The translations under genes and the position numbers were made by a program. Shown here piece by piece: positions 18,848-29,069 of a stretch of DNA of 64,000 bases (the first letter of the stretch is position 1; every line of letters starts with the position of its first letter). This DNA is from Oligoflexia bacterium (GTDB lineage Bacteria > Bdellovibrionota_G > JALEGL01), in the NCBI GenBank assembly GCA_035326705.1, contig DAOLES010000001.1, forward strand, positions 116,762 through 180,761, given 5' to 3'. The notes below the pieces were generated by a model, which was not told the origin of the DNA, ran no database searches, and was given only the letters and a program-made list of their open reading frames with translations.

Positions 18848-21800
18848 AGTGGGTAGAGTTCTCAGTTAAAAATAGTTTAGTGGTTAACTTGTTGGCTGTG
18901 TTTGTGACGGTAGCCGGGTTGCTTACTGCTTTATCTATGAATAGAGAAGCTTTTCCTTTATTTTCATTTGATATTGTTTCTATAAATACACGTTATCCAG
19001 GAGCTACACCTGAGGAAGTTGAAAAATTAATTACCCAACCTATAGAAGAAGAGCTCAGAAGCATAGCTGATTTAGATAAAGTTGAGTCTATTTCAGCTGA
19101 AGGATACAGTTTAATTTATGTAACCATTGATTCCGATGCTAAAAATAAAAGTAGAATAGTTACAGAAATTCAACAGGCTGTAGATAGGGTAGAAGGTTTG
19201 CCTGCAGATCTAGAGGATGATCCAATAGCTACAGAAATACGAACTCAAGATAGCCCTATTATAGAACTAGTTTTGTTTGGTGATATGAACCGAGTTGATT
19301 TGCAAGCTCAGGCAGAAGAAATTGAAAAGCAGTTATTAGATATCCCTTTGGTTGCGGATATTCAAAGGAAAGGCTGGAAAGAACAAGAGATTTGGGTAGA
19401 GCTAAACCCTAAAAAACTTAACCTTTATCAACTTTCAATTAATGAAGTCTCAGATGCAATTAAAGCAAGAAATATCAATGTTCCCGGAGGAATCTTTGAT
19501 GATGGTAACCAAGAACTTTTAGTTAGAACCAATGCTGAGTTTACAAAACCTGAAGAAATTGATGAAATTGTTGTAAGAGCCAATACCTCTGGAAGAGTGA
19601 TTCAAGTTAAAGATGTAGGCCAGGCACGCTATGCTTTTGAAGATGCGGACACTACTGTTCGAGTCAATGGTGAAAACTCAGTGAGCTTAGTGGTGGTTAA
19701 AAAAGCTGTTGGAGATACAATTAACTTGGTTGAACAAGTACAACGAGTTACAGAAAACTTTATAGAGAACTCGCATTCAAAAATTCAATACAGCTTTATC
19801 AATGATGTTTCTGTTTATGTTAAACGAAGGCTTAACATTTTATTGAGCAATGGTTGGATTGGGTTACTGCTGGTTATTATATCATTGTTTGTATTTTTAA
19901 GCCCACGTGTAGCTTTATGGACAGCTTTAGGCTTACCCATGGCTATGGGTATGGGTTTATGGATGATGGGGGTTTTTGACATTACCATTAACTTGATTTC
20001 TATGTTTGGGTTGATTCTGATTTTAGGGATGCTGGTTGATGATAGTATTGTTGTTGCTGAGAGTATTTATAGATTTTTGGAGCAAGGAAAAAGTCCAGTT
20101 GAAGCAGCTATTTTAGGGACAAAAGAAGTTGTTAAACCTGTTATTATGACTGTTTTAACAACTGTGGTATTTTTCTTGCCTTTGGCTTTTATGTCAGGGA
20201 TTTTTGGAAAATTTCTTAAACCTATACCCATTGTGGTTATTATTACTTTATTAGCAAGCTTGGTAGAGTGTTTTATTATTTTGCCTAGCCATTTAGCAGA
20301 TTTCGGTGCAAGTAAAAAACACAAAGCTGATCCTTCTGGAATTAAGACAAAACAATACTCAAAATGGTTTGAAGCATTTAAAGATTTTTATGGTCGATGC
20401 ATGCAATTAATTTTTAGAGCTTATTTTTTAGTTACAGTATTGGCAATAGTAATATTGGTGGGGGGGATTTATCATGGCATAAAGACTACACCAATTAATC
20501 TCTTTCCGGGAAAAGATATTGAAATCTTTTTTGTAAGGGCAGAAGGTAAAGTAGGTACTGCTTTAAAAGTAACTGAAGAAAAAATAAAACAAATAGAAAA
20601 TTTAATTAAAGATCTACCTAAAGATGAGCTTAAAGATTATGCAACACAGATTGGTTTGGTGCAACAAGATCCTAATGATCCAGCAACCTTGAGAGGTAGT
20701 CATGTTGCCCAAATTGCTGTTTATCTGACAGCAAAAGAAAAAAGAGAAAGAGAAACCAAACAAATAACTGATCAACTTAGGGAGAAAATAAAAAGTATTC
20801 AAGGTTTTGAGAGAGTTTGGATTGATGAGGTAAAGCCGGGCCCACCACAAGGGAAAGCAGTAAGTTTAAGAATAAGAGGGCCAAATTTTGAAACCTCTAG
20901 AGAAATCGTTGCTCAAATTAAAGAGGATTTAAAAAACACTCCTGGTGTTAGAGATATTAGGGATGATTTTGAGCCGGGTAAAAAAGAAGTTCAAGTACTT
21001 CTTAATGAAAAAAATATTGCTCGAGCGTCTTTATCTCCATTAATGGTTGCTAAAACCGTTAGATCGGCAGTGGATGGTGATTTAGCTGCTGTCATTAAAG
21101 AAGGTGAAGATGAGGTTAATGTTTTTGTAAAGCTGGATGAAAACTTAAACTCATCGTATAAAGTTTTAAACGATATGTATGTCAAGAATCCCTTTGGCTT
21201 TCAAGTACCACTTTCTAAGCTTGTGTCTTTTAATGAAGGGCAAAGTATTAGTCAAATCAAACATTACGACTTTAAACGGGTAGTAGGGGTGAGTGCAAAT
21301 ATAGACGAAGATGTCACCAGTTCAAAAGAGGTCAACGAGACAATTCGAAAAAAATACAGTAATTTGGGGCAAAAATATTTTGGCTACGATTTATTTTTTG
21401 GAGGAGAGGAAAAAGATACACAAGAATCTTTAGATAGTTTGATGCGTGCGGCAGTATTAGCCTTAATGATGGCATTTTTTATTTTAGCAGCGGCATTTAA
21501 TTCATTATCACAACCGTTATTGATTTTATTGGCTATTCCCTATGGTTTATTTGCAGCGATATACGCATTAAAATTTCATGATGAACCTTTAAGCTTTTTA
21601 GCGTTTTTGGGTTTAATTGGTTTATCTGGGGTGACCGTTAATGATTCAGTTATTTTGATTGATTATATCAACCAAACAAGAAAGACCTGTGAAGACAAAG
21701 TAGAAGCTGTTTTGATAGCTTGTAAAACCAGGCTTAGACCAGTTATCCTGACCAGTGTTACAACAGTTTTAGGTTTAGCACCCGTTGCATATGGTGTTGG

Positions 21801-21945
21801 TGGAAATGACCCCTTTTTAAAACCTATGGCATTAACCATGACTTGGGGCCTGGCTTTTGGCACTGTGTTAACCTTAGTTTTAATTCCCTGTGCTTATCTG
21901 AGCTTGGATAGTTTTATATCTATTTTTAAAAGAAATAGGCAATAA
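18844..21945 (+). CDS. RND efflux transporter, AcrB/HAE1 family inner-membrane component
   Basis: 1033 aa, 12-TM topology. N-terminus aligns with AcrB (…SxxYPGA…). Conserved GMLVDDSIVV region in TM4. Confidence 0.95.
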   Translation: MKWVEFSVKNSLVVNLLAVFVTVAGLLTALSMNREAFPLFSFDIVSINTRYPGATPEEVEKLITQPIEEELRSIADLDKVESISAEGYSLIYVTIDSDAKNKSRIVTEIQQAVDRVEGLPADLEDDPIATEIRTQDSPIIELVLFGDMNRVDLQAQAEEIEKQLLDIPLVADIQRKGWKEQEIWVELNPKKLNLYQLSINEVSDAIKARNINVPGGIFDDGNQELLVRTNAEFTKPEEIDEIVVRANTSGRVIQVKDVGQARYAFEDADTTVRVNGENSVSLVVVKKAVGDTINLVEQVQRVTENFIENSHSKIQYSFINDVSVYVKRRLNILLSNGWIGLLLVIISLFVFLSPRVALWTALGLPMAMGMGLWMMGVFDITINLISMFGLILILGMLVDDSIVVAESIYRFLEQGKSPVEAAILGTKEVVKPVIMTVLTTVVFFLPLAFMSGIFGKFLKPIPIVVIITLLASLVECFIILPSHLADFGASKKHKADPSGIKTKQYSKWFEAFKDFYGRCMQLIFRAYFLVTVLAIVILVGGIYHGIKTTPINLFPGKDIEIFFVRAEGKVGTALKVTEEKIKQIENLIKDLPKDELKDYATQIGLVQQDPNDPATLRGSHVAQIAVYLTAKEKRERETKQITDQLREKIKSIQGFERVWIDEVKPGPPQGKAVSLRIRGPNFETSREIVAQIKEDLKNTPGVRDIRDDFEPGKKEVQVLLNEKNIARASLSPLMVAKTVRSAVDGDLAAVIKEGEDEVNVFVKLDENLNSSYKVLNDMYVKNPFGFQVPLSKLVSFNEGQSISQIKHYDFKRVVGVSANIDEDVTSSKEVNETIRKKYSNLGQKYFGYDLFFGGEEKDTQESLDSLMRAAVLALMMAFFILAAAFNSLSQPLLILLAIPYGLFAAIYALKFHDEPLSFLAFLGLIGLSGVTVNDSVILIDYINQTRKTCEDKVEAVLIACKTRLRPVILTSVTTVLGLAPVAYGVGGNDPFLKPMALTMTWGLAFGTVLTLVLIPCAYLSLDSFISIFKRNRQ

Positions 21946-22016
21946 TAAAATTTATTTTTATGCTAACTAATTAAAAAATGTTTAAATCTTTTACTAAATA
22001 TTGATACTCAATGAAC

Positions 22017-23696
22017 TCATAGTTCATAAATATCATATTGTGGGTCCCACATTTTTGCTTCTATGATATCTCTACTTTTACTGTTAAATGGATTACGGTT
22101 AATGCCTAGTCTGTCAGCTTCTTCCCAAACTCTGTAGGCAATGTTTTTACTGGTTTCTCTAAGTTTTGATAAAGGAGGGAGCAATTGTCCTTTGTCAATA
22201 TCATCTTGTGTCATCATTTCACCAATTGCTTTTGCAGCTACAGTAAACATACCTTCTGTGATGGTTCTTGTTCCAGATACAATAGCGCCTAAACCTATAC
22301 CAGGAAATACATATACGTTGTTACCTTGGCTGATTGTGTAAAGTGTGTTTTTATATTCAACTTTTCCAAATGGGCTGCCGGTAGCAACAATTGCCTTTCC
22401 ATCTGACCATTCTATGAGATCTTGAGGCGTTGCTTCAGAATTAGTGTTAGGGTTTGAAAAAGGAAAAATAATGGGAGTCTCAGTATAAGAAAGCATGCAA
22501 TTAACTATTGTTTTATTGATTAAGCCTTTTTGTCCTGAGGTACCAATAATGATTGTAGGTTTGTATTTTTTAACCATGGTTTCAAGATTGTTTAAATCTT
22601 CGGTTTGAATATTATACTGTTCTTGCGTAGTTTTTGACCAAGCAAGCGTTTGTTTTTCTTCATCATGATCAGGATCTTCAATTAATAACCCCTTGCTATC
22701 AGTGAGCGCAATGCGAGTGTTGATTTCTTGTTTGCTTAATTTTTTAAATTGGTAATATTGTTTTAATAGGTCAGCAATGCCCAAACCAGCAGCTCCAGCT
22801 CCAACAATAAGTACTCTATGGTTTAGCAGTTTAGTTTTTGTTTTTTTACAGGCGGATCGCATACAAGCCATTGCAACAGCAGCGGTACCTTGGATGTCAT
22901 CATTAAAGTTTGGAATTCTGTTTTTATGTCTTTTCAACAGCATGGAAGCATTTTCTTTTTTAAAGTCTTCCCATTGGATCAATGCTTTTGGAAAAACTTG
23001 CTTAACAGCAAAAACAAATTCATCTAGGATTTCTTTATAGTTACTGCCTTCAATTCTTTTTTGTGGCCAGCCAAGATACTTTTTGTCATTGAGTAAGTCT
23101 TGATTGTTGGTTCCTAAATCAAGACTGATCGCTAATGTTTGTGATGGATGGATGCCTGCTGCAATCACATACAGAGCAAGCTTTCCAATAGGAATCCCCA
23201 TGCCTCCTGCTCCTAAGTCTCCTAAACCTAAAATACGTTCATTGTCGGTCACAACAATCAAACGAATATTTTTATTAGGATAATTCTCTAAGGTTTCAAG
23301 AATAGACCCTTTATGGTCTGGCGTGATCCAAACTCCTTGCATTTGTCTATATATGTGACTGAACTTTTGACATGCTTCTCCTACAGTCGGTGTATAAACA
23401 ATTGGCATAAGCTCGTCTAAATATGTACTTAGAACTTTATAATACAAAGTTTCATTGCGGTTTTGTAGAGCAACCAATGCAATATGTTTTTCTAAGTCAG
23501 AGTTTTTCTTTTGGATTTCATCATATATACGTTGGCATTGCTCATCTAAAGTACTTACTCTGTGAGGTAGTAAACCATTTAGTTTAAATTTTGCTCGCTC
23601 TTCTTTACTGAATGCTGTTCCTTTATTAAGTTTTGGGTTACTAAGTAACGCTGTGCCAAAACTGTTTATCTTAATGGTTTTCATTATGGACTCCAT
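22017..23696 (-). CDS. maeA: NAD-dependent malic enzyme
   Basis: 559 aa. Malic_M/NAD-binding motifs (VVTDNERILGLGDLG, GAGAAGLGIA). Confidence 0.9.
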   Translation of the reverse strand: MESIMKTIKINSFGTALLSNPKLNKGTAFSKEERAKFKLNGLLPHRVSTLDEQCQRIYDEIQKKNSDLEKHIALVALQNRNETLYYKVLSTYLDELMPIVYTPTVGEACQKFSHIYRQMQGVWITPDHKGSILETLENYPNKNIRLIVVTDNERILGLGDLGAGGMGIPIGKLALYVIAAGIHPSQTLAISLDLGTNNQDLLNDKKYLGWPQKRIEGSNYKEILDEFVFAVKQVFPKALIQWEDFKKENASMLLKRHKNRIPNFNDDIQGTAAVAMACMRSACKKTKTKLLNHRVLIVGAGAAGLGIADLLKQYYQFKKLSKQEINTRIALTDSKGLLIEDPDHDEEKQTLAWSKTTQEQYNIQTEDLNNLETMVKKYKPTIIIGTSGQKGLINKTIVNCMLSYTETPIIFPFSNPNTNSEATPQDLIEWSDGKAIVATGSPFGKVEYKNTLYTISQGNNVYVFPGIGLGAIVSGTRTITEGMFTVAAKAIGEMMTQDDIDKGQLLPPLSKLRETSKNIAYRVWEEADRLGINRNPFNSKSRDIIEAKMWDPQYDIYEL

Positions 23697-23734
23697 TTAA
23701 AGTATAATAGTAAAATATACGCTAGAAAAATTAA

Positions 23735-25330
23735 TCAATCGCCAGACATAACATGTTTGTATGTTGATGGAAATGGCTTTTTTAACAATATTCCTTTTTC
23801 TATTTTAGGAAATAATTGTGCATAATTTTTAACATGAGTTGGATCTACACGCCTAAAAATATGTTCTGGTTTAAGTTGACAGGGGGTGTCTAAGCCCATA
23901 GAACTTAACATTTCACCAAAACATTTTAAGGTCTCTTTATGAAACTCCGCAATCCGTTTTGCTTTTAAATCAACATCTAAACCTTTTACCAAGCTTTGTT
24001 TTTGTGTGGCAACACCTGTAGGACAGGTGTTGTTATTGCATTTAAGTGCTTGGATACAACCCAGAGCTAGCATCATTGCGCGTGCGCTGTAGCAGGCATC
24101 AGCACCCAGAGCAATTAATTTTACCATATGAAAACTTGTAAGCACTTTGCCGGATGCCAAAACTTTTATTTTATCTCTAATATCAAATCCACATAGTGTT
24201 TGGTGAGCAAATACAAGACCATCAATTAAAGGCATTCCCACAGAGTTTGTGTATTCAATTGGAGCAGCTCCTGTACCACCTTCTCCACCGTCAATGGCAA
24301 AATAGTCGGGATATATGCCGGTTTTAAGAATACTTTTACAGATATCAATAAATTCACTGGGTTTACCTACGCATAGTTTTATGCCTACAGGTTTGCCCCC
24401 ACTCAATTCCCTTAAGTTTTGGATAAAGTGTAGCATTTCTGTAGTATTTGAAAATGCAGAATGCGAAGGCGGAGATAAAACATCTTGCCCCATAGGAACT
24501 TTTCTAATGGCTGCCAATTCAGGGGTTAATTTCTTTGCTGGCAGTATACCTCCATGTCCTGGCTTTGCTCCTTGTGATAATTTAAGCTCGATGACTTTAA
24601 TATTTGGATGGCTTGCTTGATCCTTAAAGTTTTCAGGACAAAAATCACCATTTTGTTTTCTTGCACCAAAATAACCTGTTCCGATTTGCCAAATTAAATC
24701 TCCACCATACTTTAAGTGGTAAGGTGAAACTCCTCCTTCACCGGTATTGTGAGCAAAGTTTCCAATTTTTGCACCTTTGTTTAAGGCCATAATAGCATTG
24801 CTACTTAATGAACCAAAGCTCATGGCTGATATGTTAAGTAAACTCATGCTGTAGGGTTGTTTGCACTGTTGGTTACCCAAACTAAATTTCAAGTGATGTT
24901 CAAAAAATGGCTTGGTAAAAATGGAGTGGCTGACCCATTCATAACCTTCTTCATATACATCTCTTTTGGTTCCAAAAGGGACAGTATCCAATTGATCTTT
25001 AGATCGTTGATAAACCACAGATCTATATTCACGGTTGATGGGGGCACCATTGGTATCAGATTCAATAAAATATTGACTGATTTCTGGGCGAATATTTTCA
25101 AAGATATATCTTAAATGCCCTAAAATTGGGAAGTTACGAAGTATGGTATGTTTTTTTTGAACAACATCCCATAAAGCAATAAAAGTTAGAGGTATCAGTA
25201 TGTATAGAAAACCAAGATAAACTTTTGATAACTGACTCAGCAAAAAGATAAACAGATAAAGTGCAATAATAACTGAAAATATCAATGTTCTCATGAACAC
25301 ATAAATGAATGACTTGGGTGATCTTGTCAA
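23735..25330 (-). CDS. Membrane-anchored FMN-dependent glutamate-synthase-domain (GltB domain 2-like, PF01645) protein
   Basis: N-terminal TM helices followed by Glu_synthase FMN-binding region (…IKLSQGAKPGHGG…ITIDGGEGGTGAAP). Confidence 0.7.
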   Translation of the reverse strand: MTRSPKSFIYVFMRTLIFSVIIALYLFIFLLSQLSKVYLGFLYILIPLTFIALWDVVQKKHTILRNFPILGHLRYIFENIRPEISQYFIESDTNGAPINREYRSVVYQRSKDQLDTVPFGTKRDVYEEGYEWVSHSIFTKPFFEHHLKFSLGNQQCKQPYSMSLLNISAMSFGSLSSNAIMALNKGAKIGNFAHNTGEGGVSPYHLKYGGDLIWQIGTGYFGARKQNGDFCPENFKDQASHPNIKVIELKLSQGAKPGHGGILPAKKLTPELAAIRKVPMGQDVLSPPSHSAFSNTTEMLHFIQNLRELSGGKPVGIKLCVGKPSEFIDICKSILKTGIYPDYFAIDGGEGGTGAAPIEYTNSVGMPLIDGLVFAHQTLCGFDIRDKIKVLASGKVLTSFHMVKLIALGADACYSARAMMLALGCIQALKCNNNTCPTGVATQKQSLVKGLDVDLKAKRIAEFHKETLKCFGEMLSSMGLDTPCQLKPEHIFRRVDPTHVKNYAQLFPKIEKGILLKKPFPSTYKHVMSGD

Positions 25331-25428
25331 AAATAATAGTGAGCAATAATTTAATTTATATTTTAAGAAAGATGTTTAATTTTATTTAAATTGTTGACGC
25401 ATAAAAAAAATTACGATTAGCAGGTTCA

Positions 25429-27327
25429 ATGCAAGCAAATAAAATTAAAGAGTTTTCGTTTTTTTCAGTTTTTTTAGGCATTATTTTGTCTATTGTTATG
25501 GGAGCAGCCAATGTTTATCTTGGTTTAAAGGTGGGGATGACCGTCAGCGCTTCTATTCCAGCGGCTGTTATCGCTTTAGGAATTTTGCGTGGGGTGTTTA
25601 GACGAAAATCAATCTTAGAAGCCAATTTGGTTCAAACAGCAGCTTCTGCGGGGGAATCTCTGGCCGCGGGTGTTATTTTTACCATGCCAGCACTTATTAT
25701 AATTGGTATTTGGACTGAATTTGATTTTTGGATGACAACTTTGGTCAGTATGACTGGGGGGTTACTAGGAGTTTTGTTCATGATTCCCATGCGTAAAGTT
25801 TTTGTGGTTGAGTCTACGGAATTAAAATTTCCTGAAGGTGTCGCTTGTGCTGAAATATTGACTGCCAGTGAAGATGATGAGGAAGATAGCACTTCCAATT
25901 TAAAAATGCTTTTTGCTGCAGTGGGAATTGGCGGTATTTTTGAGTTTGGTAAAAAGTTTTTTCATATCATTGCTTCAACCGTGGAAGGTGCTGCAGTTTT
26001 TGGCAAAAAGTTATTTTGCTTTGGTTTTGATGTGTCGCCTGCTTTGATCGGTGTTGGCTATATTGTAGGCTTATCGGTTGCAACGCAGGTTTTTCTTGGT
26101 GGATGTATAGGCTGGTTGATTGCAATTCCTGTGATTTCTAACGTAGATCCTGCTCAAATGGATGGTTCTGCAATTGATATGGCTTATGGTTTATGGAGTA
26201 CAAAAATTAGATACATTGGGGTGGGAGCTATGATTATTGGAGGAATAGCTTCTATTTTTAAGGTGCGTCACAGTATGGTTGGGGCGGTTAAAGAACTTTT
26301 TGCACAAATGTCTAATCTATCAGGTTCACAAGACGTGCCTGAGACAGAAAGAAATATTCCTGGGAAAGCAATTATAGGTCTGACGGTTGCTACTTTGCTC
26401 ACAGTTGCCGCTACTTACTATCAACTGTTAAACCATGATATAAAAATTACTGTACTGACAACCGTCATTATTTTTATTGCAGCGTTCTTTTTTACGGCTG
26501 TTGCAAGTTACATTGTGGGCTTGGTGGGTAATTCTAATAGTCCAGTTTCAGGAATGACAATCACTGCAGTATTAATGACAGGCTTGTTGTTGTACGTTTT
26601 TGGTTTTACAGGAACCCAAGGTATTGTTGCAGTTTTGGTTGTAGCAGGAGTAGTTTGTTGTGTGTGTTGTACAGCAGGAGATGTTTGTAATGATTTAAAA
26701 ACCGGACAGTTGGTTGGAGCAAGTCCAAGAAAACAACAATGGATGCAAATCATTGGTGTTATTGTTGCTTCTTTTGTTATGGCGCCAGTATTAACAGCAA
26801 TCCATGAAGGTTCTATTAATGCGGGTACAGGTGGAATAGGGGGAAAAGATCTGCCTGCTCCACAAGCTGGTCTTTTTGCATCTTTGGCAGAGGGCTTTTT
26901 TGGTGATGTCGCGTTACCATGGGAATATATTGCTGTTGGTGCAGCAATCGCAATTTTAATTTTAATTGTGAACATGTCTCTTGAAGCCAATAAAAGCTCA
27001 ATTAAACTGTATGTTATGCCGGTAGCTGTAGGTATTTATTTGCCGGTTGGTATTTCTGTACCCATCATGTTGGGCGGAGTCATGCATTATTTAGTTTCTA
27101 AAGCTGGCAACAACAATAAAAATAGCCTTAAAAAAGGTACATTAATCTCATCTGGGTTGATTGCCGGAGAGTCTTTGATGGGGGTTTTCTTGGCCATTTT
27201 TGCGTATAAAAATATTACGGGTCCTGCTTGGGAAGTTTCTGAAGCAGTCACAGTTGTTCTTGGAACCTTGGTCACAATTGGAGTGGCTTGTTGGATTTAT
27301 CAAGCATCCAGAACCAAAAGCCAATAA
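25429..27327 (+). CDS. OPT-family oligopeptide transporter
   Basis: 632 aa, ~15 TM helices, Gly-rich OPT-like segments. Confidence 0.75.
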   Translation: MQANKIKEFSFFSVFLGIILSIVMGAANVYLGLKVGMTVSASIPAAVIALGILRGVFRRKSILEANLVQTAASAGESLAAGVIFTMPALIIIGIWTEFDFWMTTLVSMTGGLLGVLFMIPMRKVFVVESTELKFPEGVACAEILTASEDDEEDSTSNLKMLFAAVGIGGIFEFGKKFFHIIASTVEGAAVFGKKLFCFGFDVSPALIGVGYIVGLSVATQVFLGGCIGWLIAIPVISNVDPAQMDGSAIDMAYGLWSTKIRYIGVGAMIIGGIASIFKVRHSMVGAVKELFAQMSNLSGSQDVPETERNIPGKAIIGLTVATLLTVAATYYQLLNHDIKITVLTTVIIFIAAFFFTAVASYIVGLVGNSNSPVSGMTITAVLMTGLLLYVFGFTGTQGIVAVLVVAGVVCCVCCTAGDVCNDLKTGQLVGASPRKQQWMQIIGVIVASFVMAPVLTAIHEGSINAGTGGIGGKDLPAPQAGLFASLAEGFFGDVALPWEYIAVGAAIAILILIVNMSLEANKSSIKLYVMPVAVGIYLPVGISVPIMLGGVMHYLVSKAGNNNKNSLKKGTLISSGLIAGESLMGVFLAIFAYKNITGPAWEVSEAVTVVLGTLVTIGVACWIYQASRTKSQ

Positions 27328-27347
27328 AACAGCTTTAAAAATAATCT

Positions 27348-27395
27348 GTTTTAACCGATTTTAATGCTTTATTTTTAGAATTAAATCGGTTAAAA
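27348..27395. repeat. ~15-bp-arm inverted repeat (TTTTAACCGATTTTAA ... TTAAATCGGTTAAAA) between OPT stop and hipB-like start
   Basis: Read from the sequence. No downstream T-tract on the + strand. Ends 7 nt before the hipB-like ATG. Confidence 0.4.
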
Positions 27396-27402
27396 TAGAT
27401 TT

Positions 27403-27750
27403 ATGAATTTAGAGCTTTTGTCAGATCAACAAATTTTAAAAATTTTAGGTGAGCGTTTTGAGGATTACCGTAGGGTCCAACAGATGCAGGACCAAGATAT
27501 CTTTAAAAGGGGTGGCGTTAAAAAAGACGCGCTGGCAAGTTTTAAAAAAGGCAGAAATATTTCTTTACTCAATTTTATAAAAATTCTTAGAGGGGCAGGT
27601 TTGTTAAGTCATTTAGAAACAATGATTCCTGAAAATGAAAAATTTAGCCCAATCAATGAGATAGAAAATAAGTCAAAAGAACACCCGGCAAGAATACATA
27701 AAAAGAAAAATAAAAAAGAGCCTACATTTCATTGGGGAGATGAACAATGA
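27403..27750 (+). CDS. hipB: XRE-family HTH protein, putative HipB-like antitoxin
   Basis: HTH-like segment. 4-nt ATGA overlap with the downstream HipA gene. Confidence 0.5.
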   Translation: MNLELLSDQQILKILGERFEDYRRVQQMQDQDIFKRGGVKKDALASFKKGRNISLLNFIKILRGAGLLSHLETMIPENEKFSPINEIENKSKEHPARIHKKKNKKEPTFHWGDEQ

Positions 27751-29069
27751 CGCCCCCATGCAGTATTCATTTATGGGGTACAACAATAGGAGCTGTGTCC
27801 TATAAAAAAAATGATCAGAGTCTTGCACTATTTGAATATCATCCCAAGTTTTTAAATTCTAATATTCAACTGTCACCAATCTCTATGCCGCTAAGACCTG
27901 GGGTCTTTTCTTTTCCCAATATAAGTCAAAGAACATTCAAAGGTTTACCAGGTATTTTGGTAGATAGTTTGCCAGATAAATTTGGTAATCAGTTGATAGA
28001 TCAACATATGGCCAGCAAAGGTTATGCTTCAAATGAAATCAGTGCGATAGACCGTTTACTTTATGTTGGGCAACGTGGGATGGGAGCACTTGAATATCAG
28101 CCAGCTCTCAATATGAATGAAAATGATGGATATATGGGAGGCATGTTAGATTTGAATGCATTGGCAGAATTAAGCCAAGTTATATTATCCAGAGAACAAA
28201 AATTTCTACAAAAAATAAAAAACAGCAAAGACCAACAAGTGGTGTTTGATCTTCTAAGAGTTGGAACAAGTGCTGGGGGCGCTAGAGCAAAAGCTTTAGT
28301 AGCTATTCATAAAAAAAATGGAGACGTTTTACCACCCAATGTGATGAACCCACAAGACTACAGCCATTGGTTGGTTAAATTTGATGGGGTGGATAACAAT
28401 CAAGATAGAGATGGTAAAGATCCTAAAGGTATGACTGTTGTGGAGTATATCTATTCAATGATAGCCCAGAAGTGCGGTATTGATATGCCAAGATGTCAAT
28501 TGTTAGAAATACACGGGCAAAGGCATTTTTTAATAGAACGTTTTGATAGAGTTTTAAAAAATGAAAAGTTGGATAAACTGCATTACGCTTCATGGTGTGG
28601 CTTAGCACATGCCCATAGAGATGAAACACTGGCTTATAGCTATGAACAATTGGTTTTACTGATGCGTCAATTGAACTTACCACAGAGCGATATCGTTAAG
28701 CTTTTTAAGCGGGCAATGTTTAATATTATTGGTAGAAATCAAGATGATCATACTAAAAATTTTGGCTTCTTGATGGATAGAACAGGGCAGTGGTCGTTAT
28801 CACCGGCGTTTGATATGACTTACGCCTATGATCCAACAGGACAGTGGACTAAGACTCATCAAATTACACTGAATGGCAAAGGAAATGACTTTCAACAACA
28901 GGACTTATTGAGTTTTGCACAATATTGTAACCTGTCAAAACGACAAGCAAAGGATATCATACAAAATACAATAGATGCCTTTTCTCAGTTTGAAAAATTA
29001 GCTAAAGAATATGATTTGAATAAACCTTTAACAAAAACTATCAGCAGTACGTTAAGATTAAAATTATAA
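27747..29069 (+). CDS. hipA: HipA-family Ser/Thr kinase toxin (full length: HipA_N coupling domain + HipA_C)
   Basis: N-terminal GLPGILVDSLPDKFGNQL and C-terminal catalytic NQDDHTKNFGFL...SPAFDMT motifs. 440 aa. Confidence 0.85.
   Translation: MTPPCSIHLWGTTIGAVSYKKNDQSLALFEYHPKFLNSNIQLSPISMPLRPGVFSFPNISQRTFKGLPGILVDSLPDKFGNQLIDQHMASKGYASNEISAIDRLLYVGQRGMGALEYQPALNMNENDGYMGGMLDLNALAELSQVILSREQKFLQKIKNSKDQQVVFDLLRVGTSAGGARAKALVAIHKKNGDVLPPNVMNPQDYSHWLVKFDGVDNNQDRDGKDPKGMTVVEYIYSMIAQKCGIDMPRCQLLEIHGQRHFLIERFDRVLKNEKLDKLHYASWCGLAHAHRDETLAYSYEQLVLLMRQLNLPQSDIVKLFKRAMFNIIGRNQDDHTKNFGFLMDRTGQWSLSPAFDMTYAYDPTGQWTKTHQITLNGKGNDFQQQDLLSFAQYCNLSKRQAKDIIQNTIDAFSQFEKLAKEYDLNKPLTKTISSTLRLKL

Noticed and set aside
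25134-25346. ORF 25134-25346 (-), partly overlapping the GltS-like gene start
   Set aside because: Overlaps the N-terminal TM region of the 531-aa gene in another frame. Unlikely to be expressed.
14569-27275. Short antisense ORFs embedded in the 249-aa HhH-like gene (14569-14817), Pif1 (15443-15625), TolC-like (18253-18510), RND (20067-20324, 20614-20850, 20991-21185, 21663-21863), malic enzyme (22141-22341, 22777-23040), GltS-like (24315-24620, 24857-25114, 24889-25101) and OPT (25632-25898, 26508-26990, 26816-27001, 27087-27275) genes
   Set aside because: Shadow ORFs opposite confidently identified genes. Several have biased Ala/Pro/Ser-rich translations typical of antisense frames.
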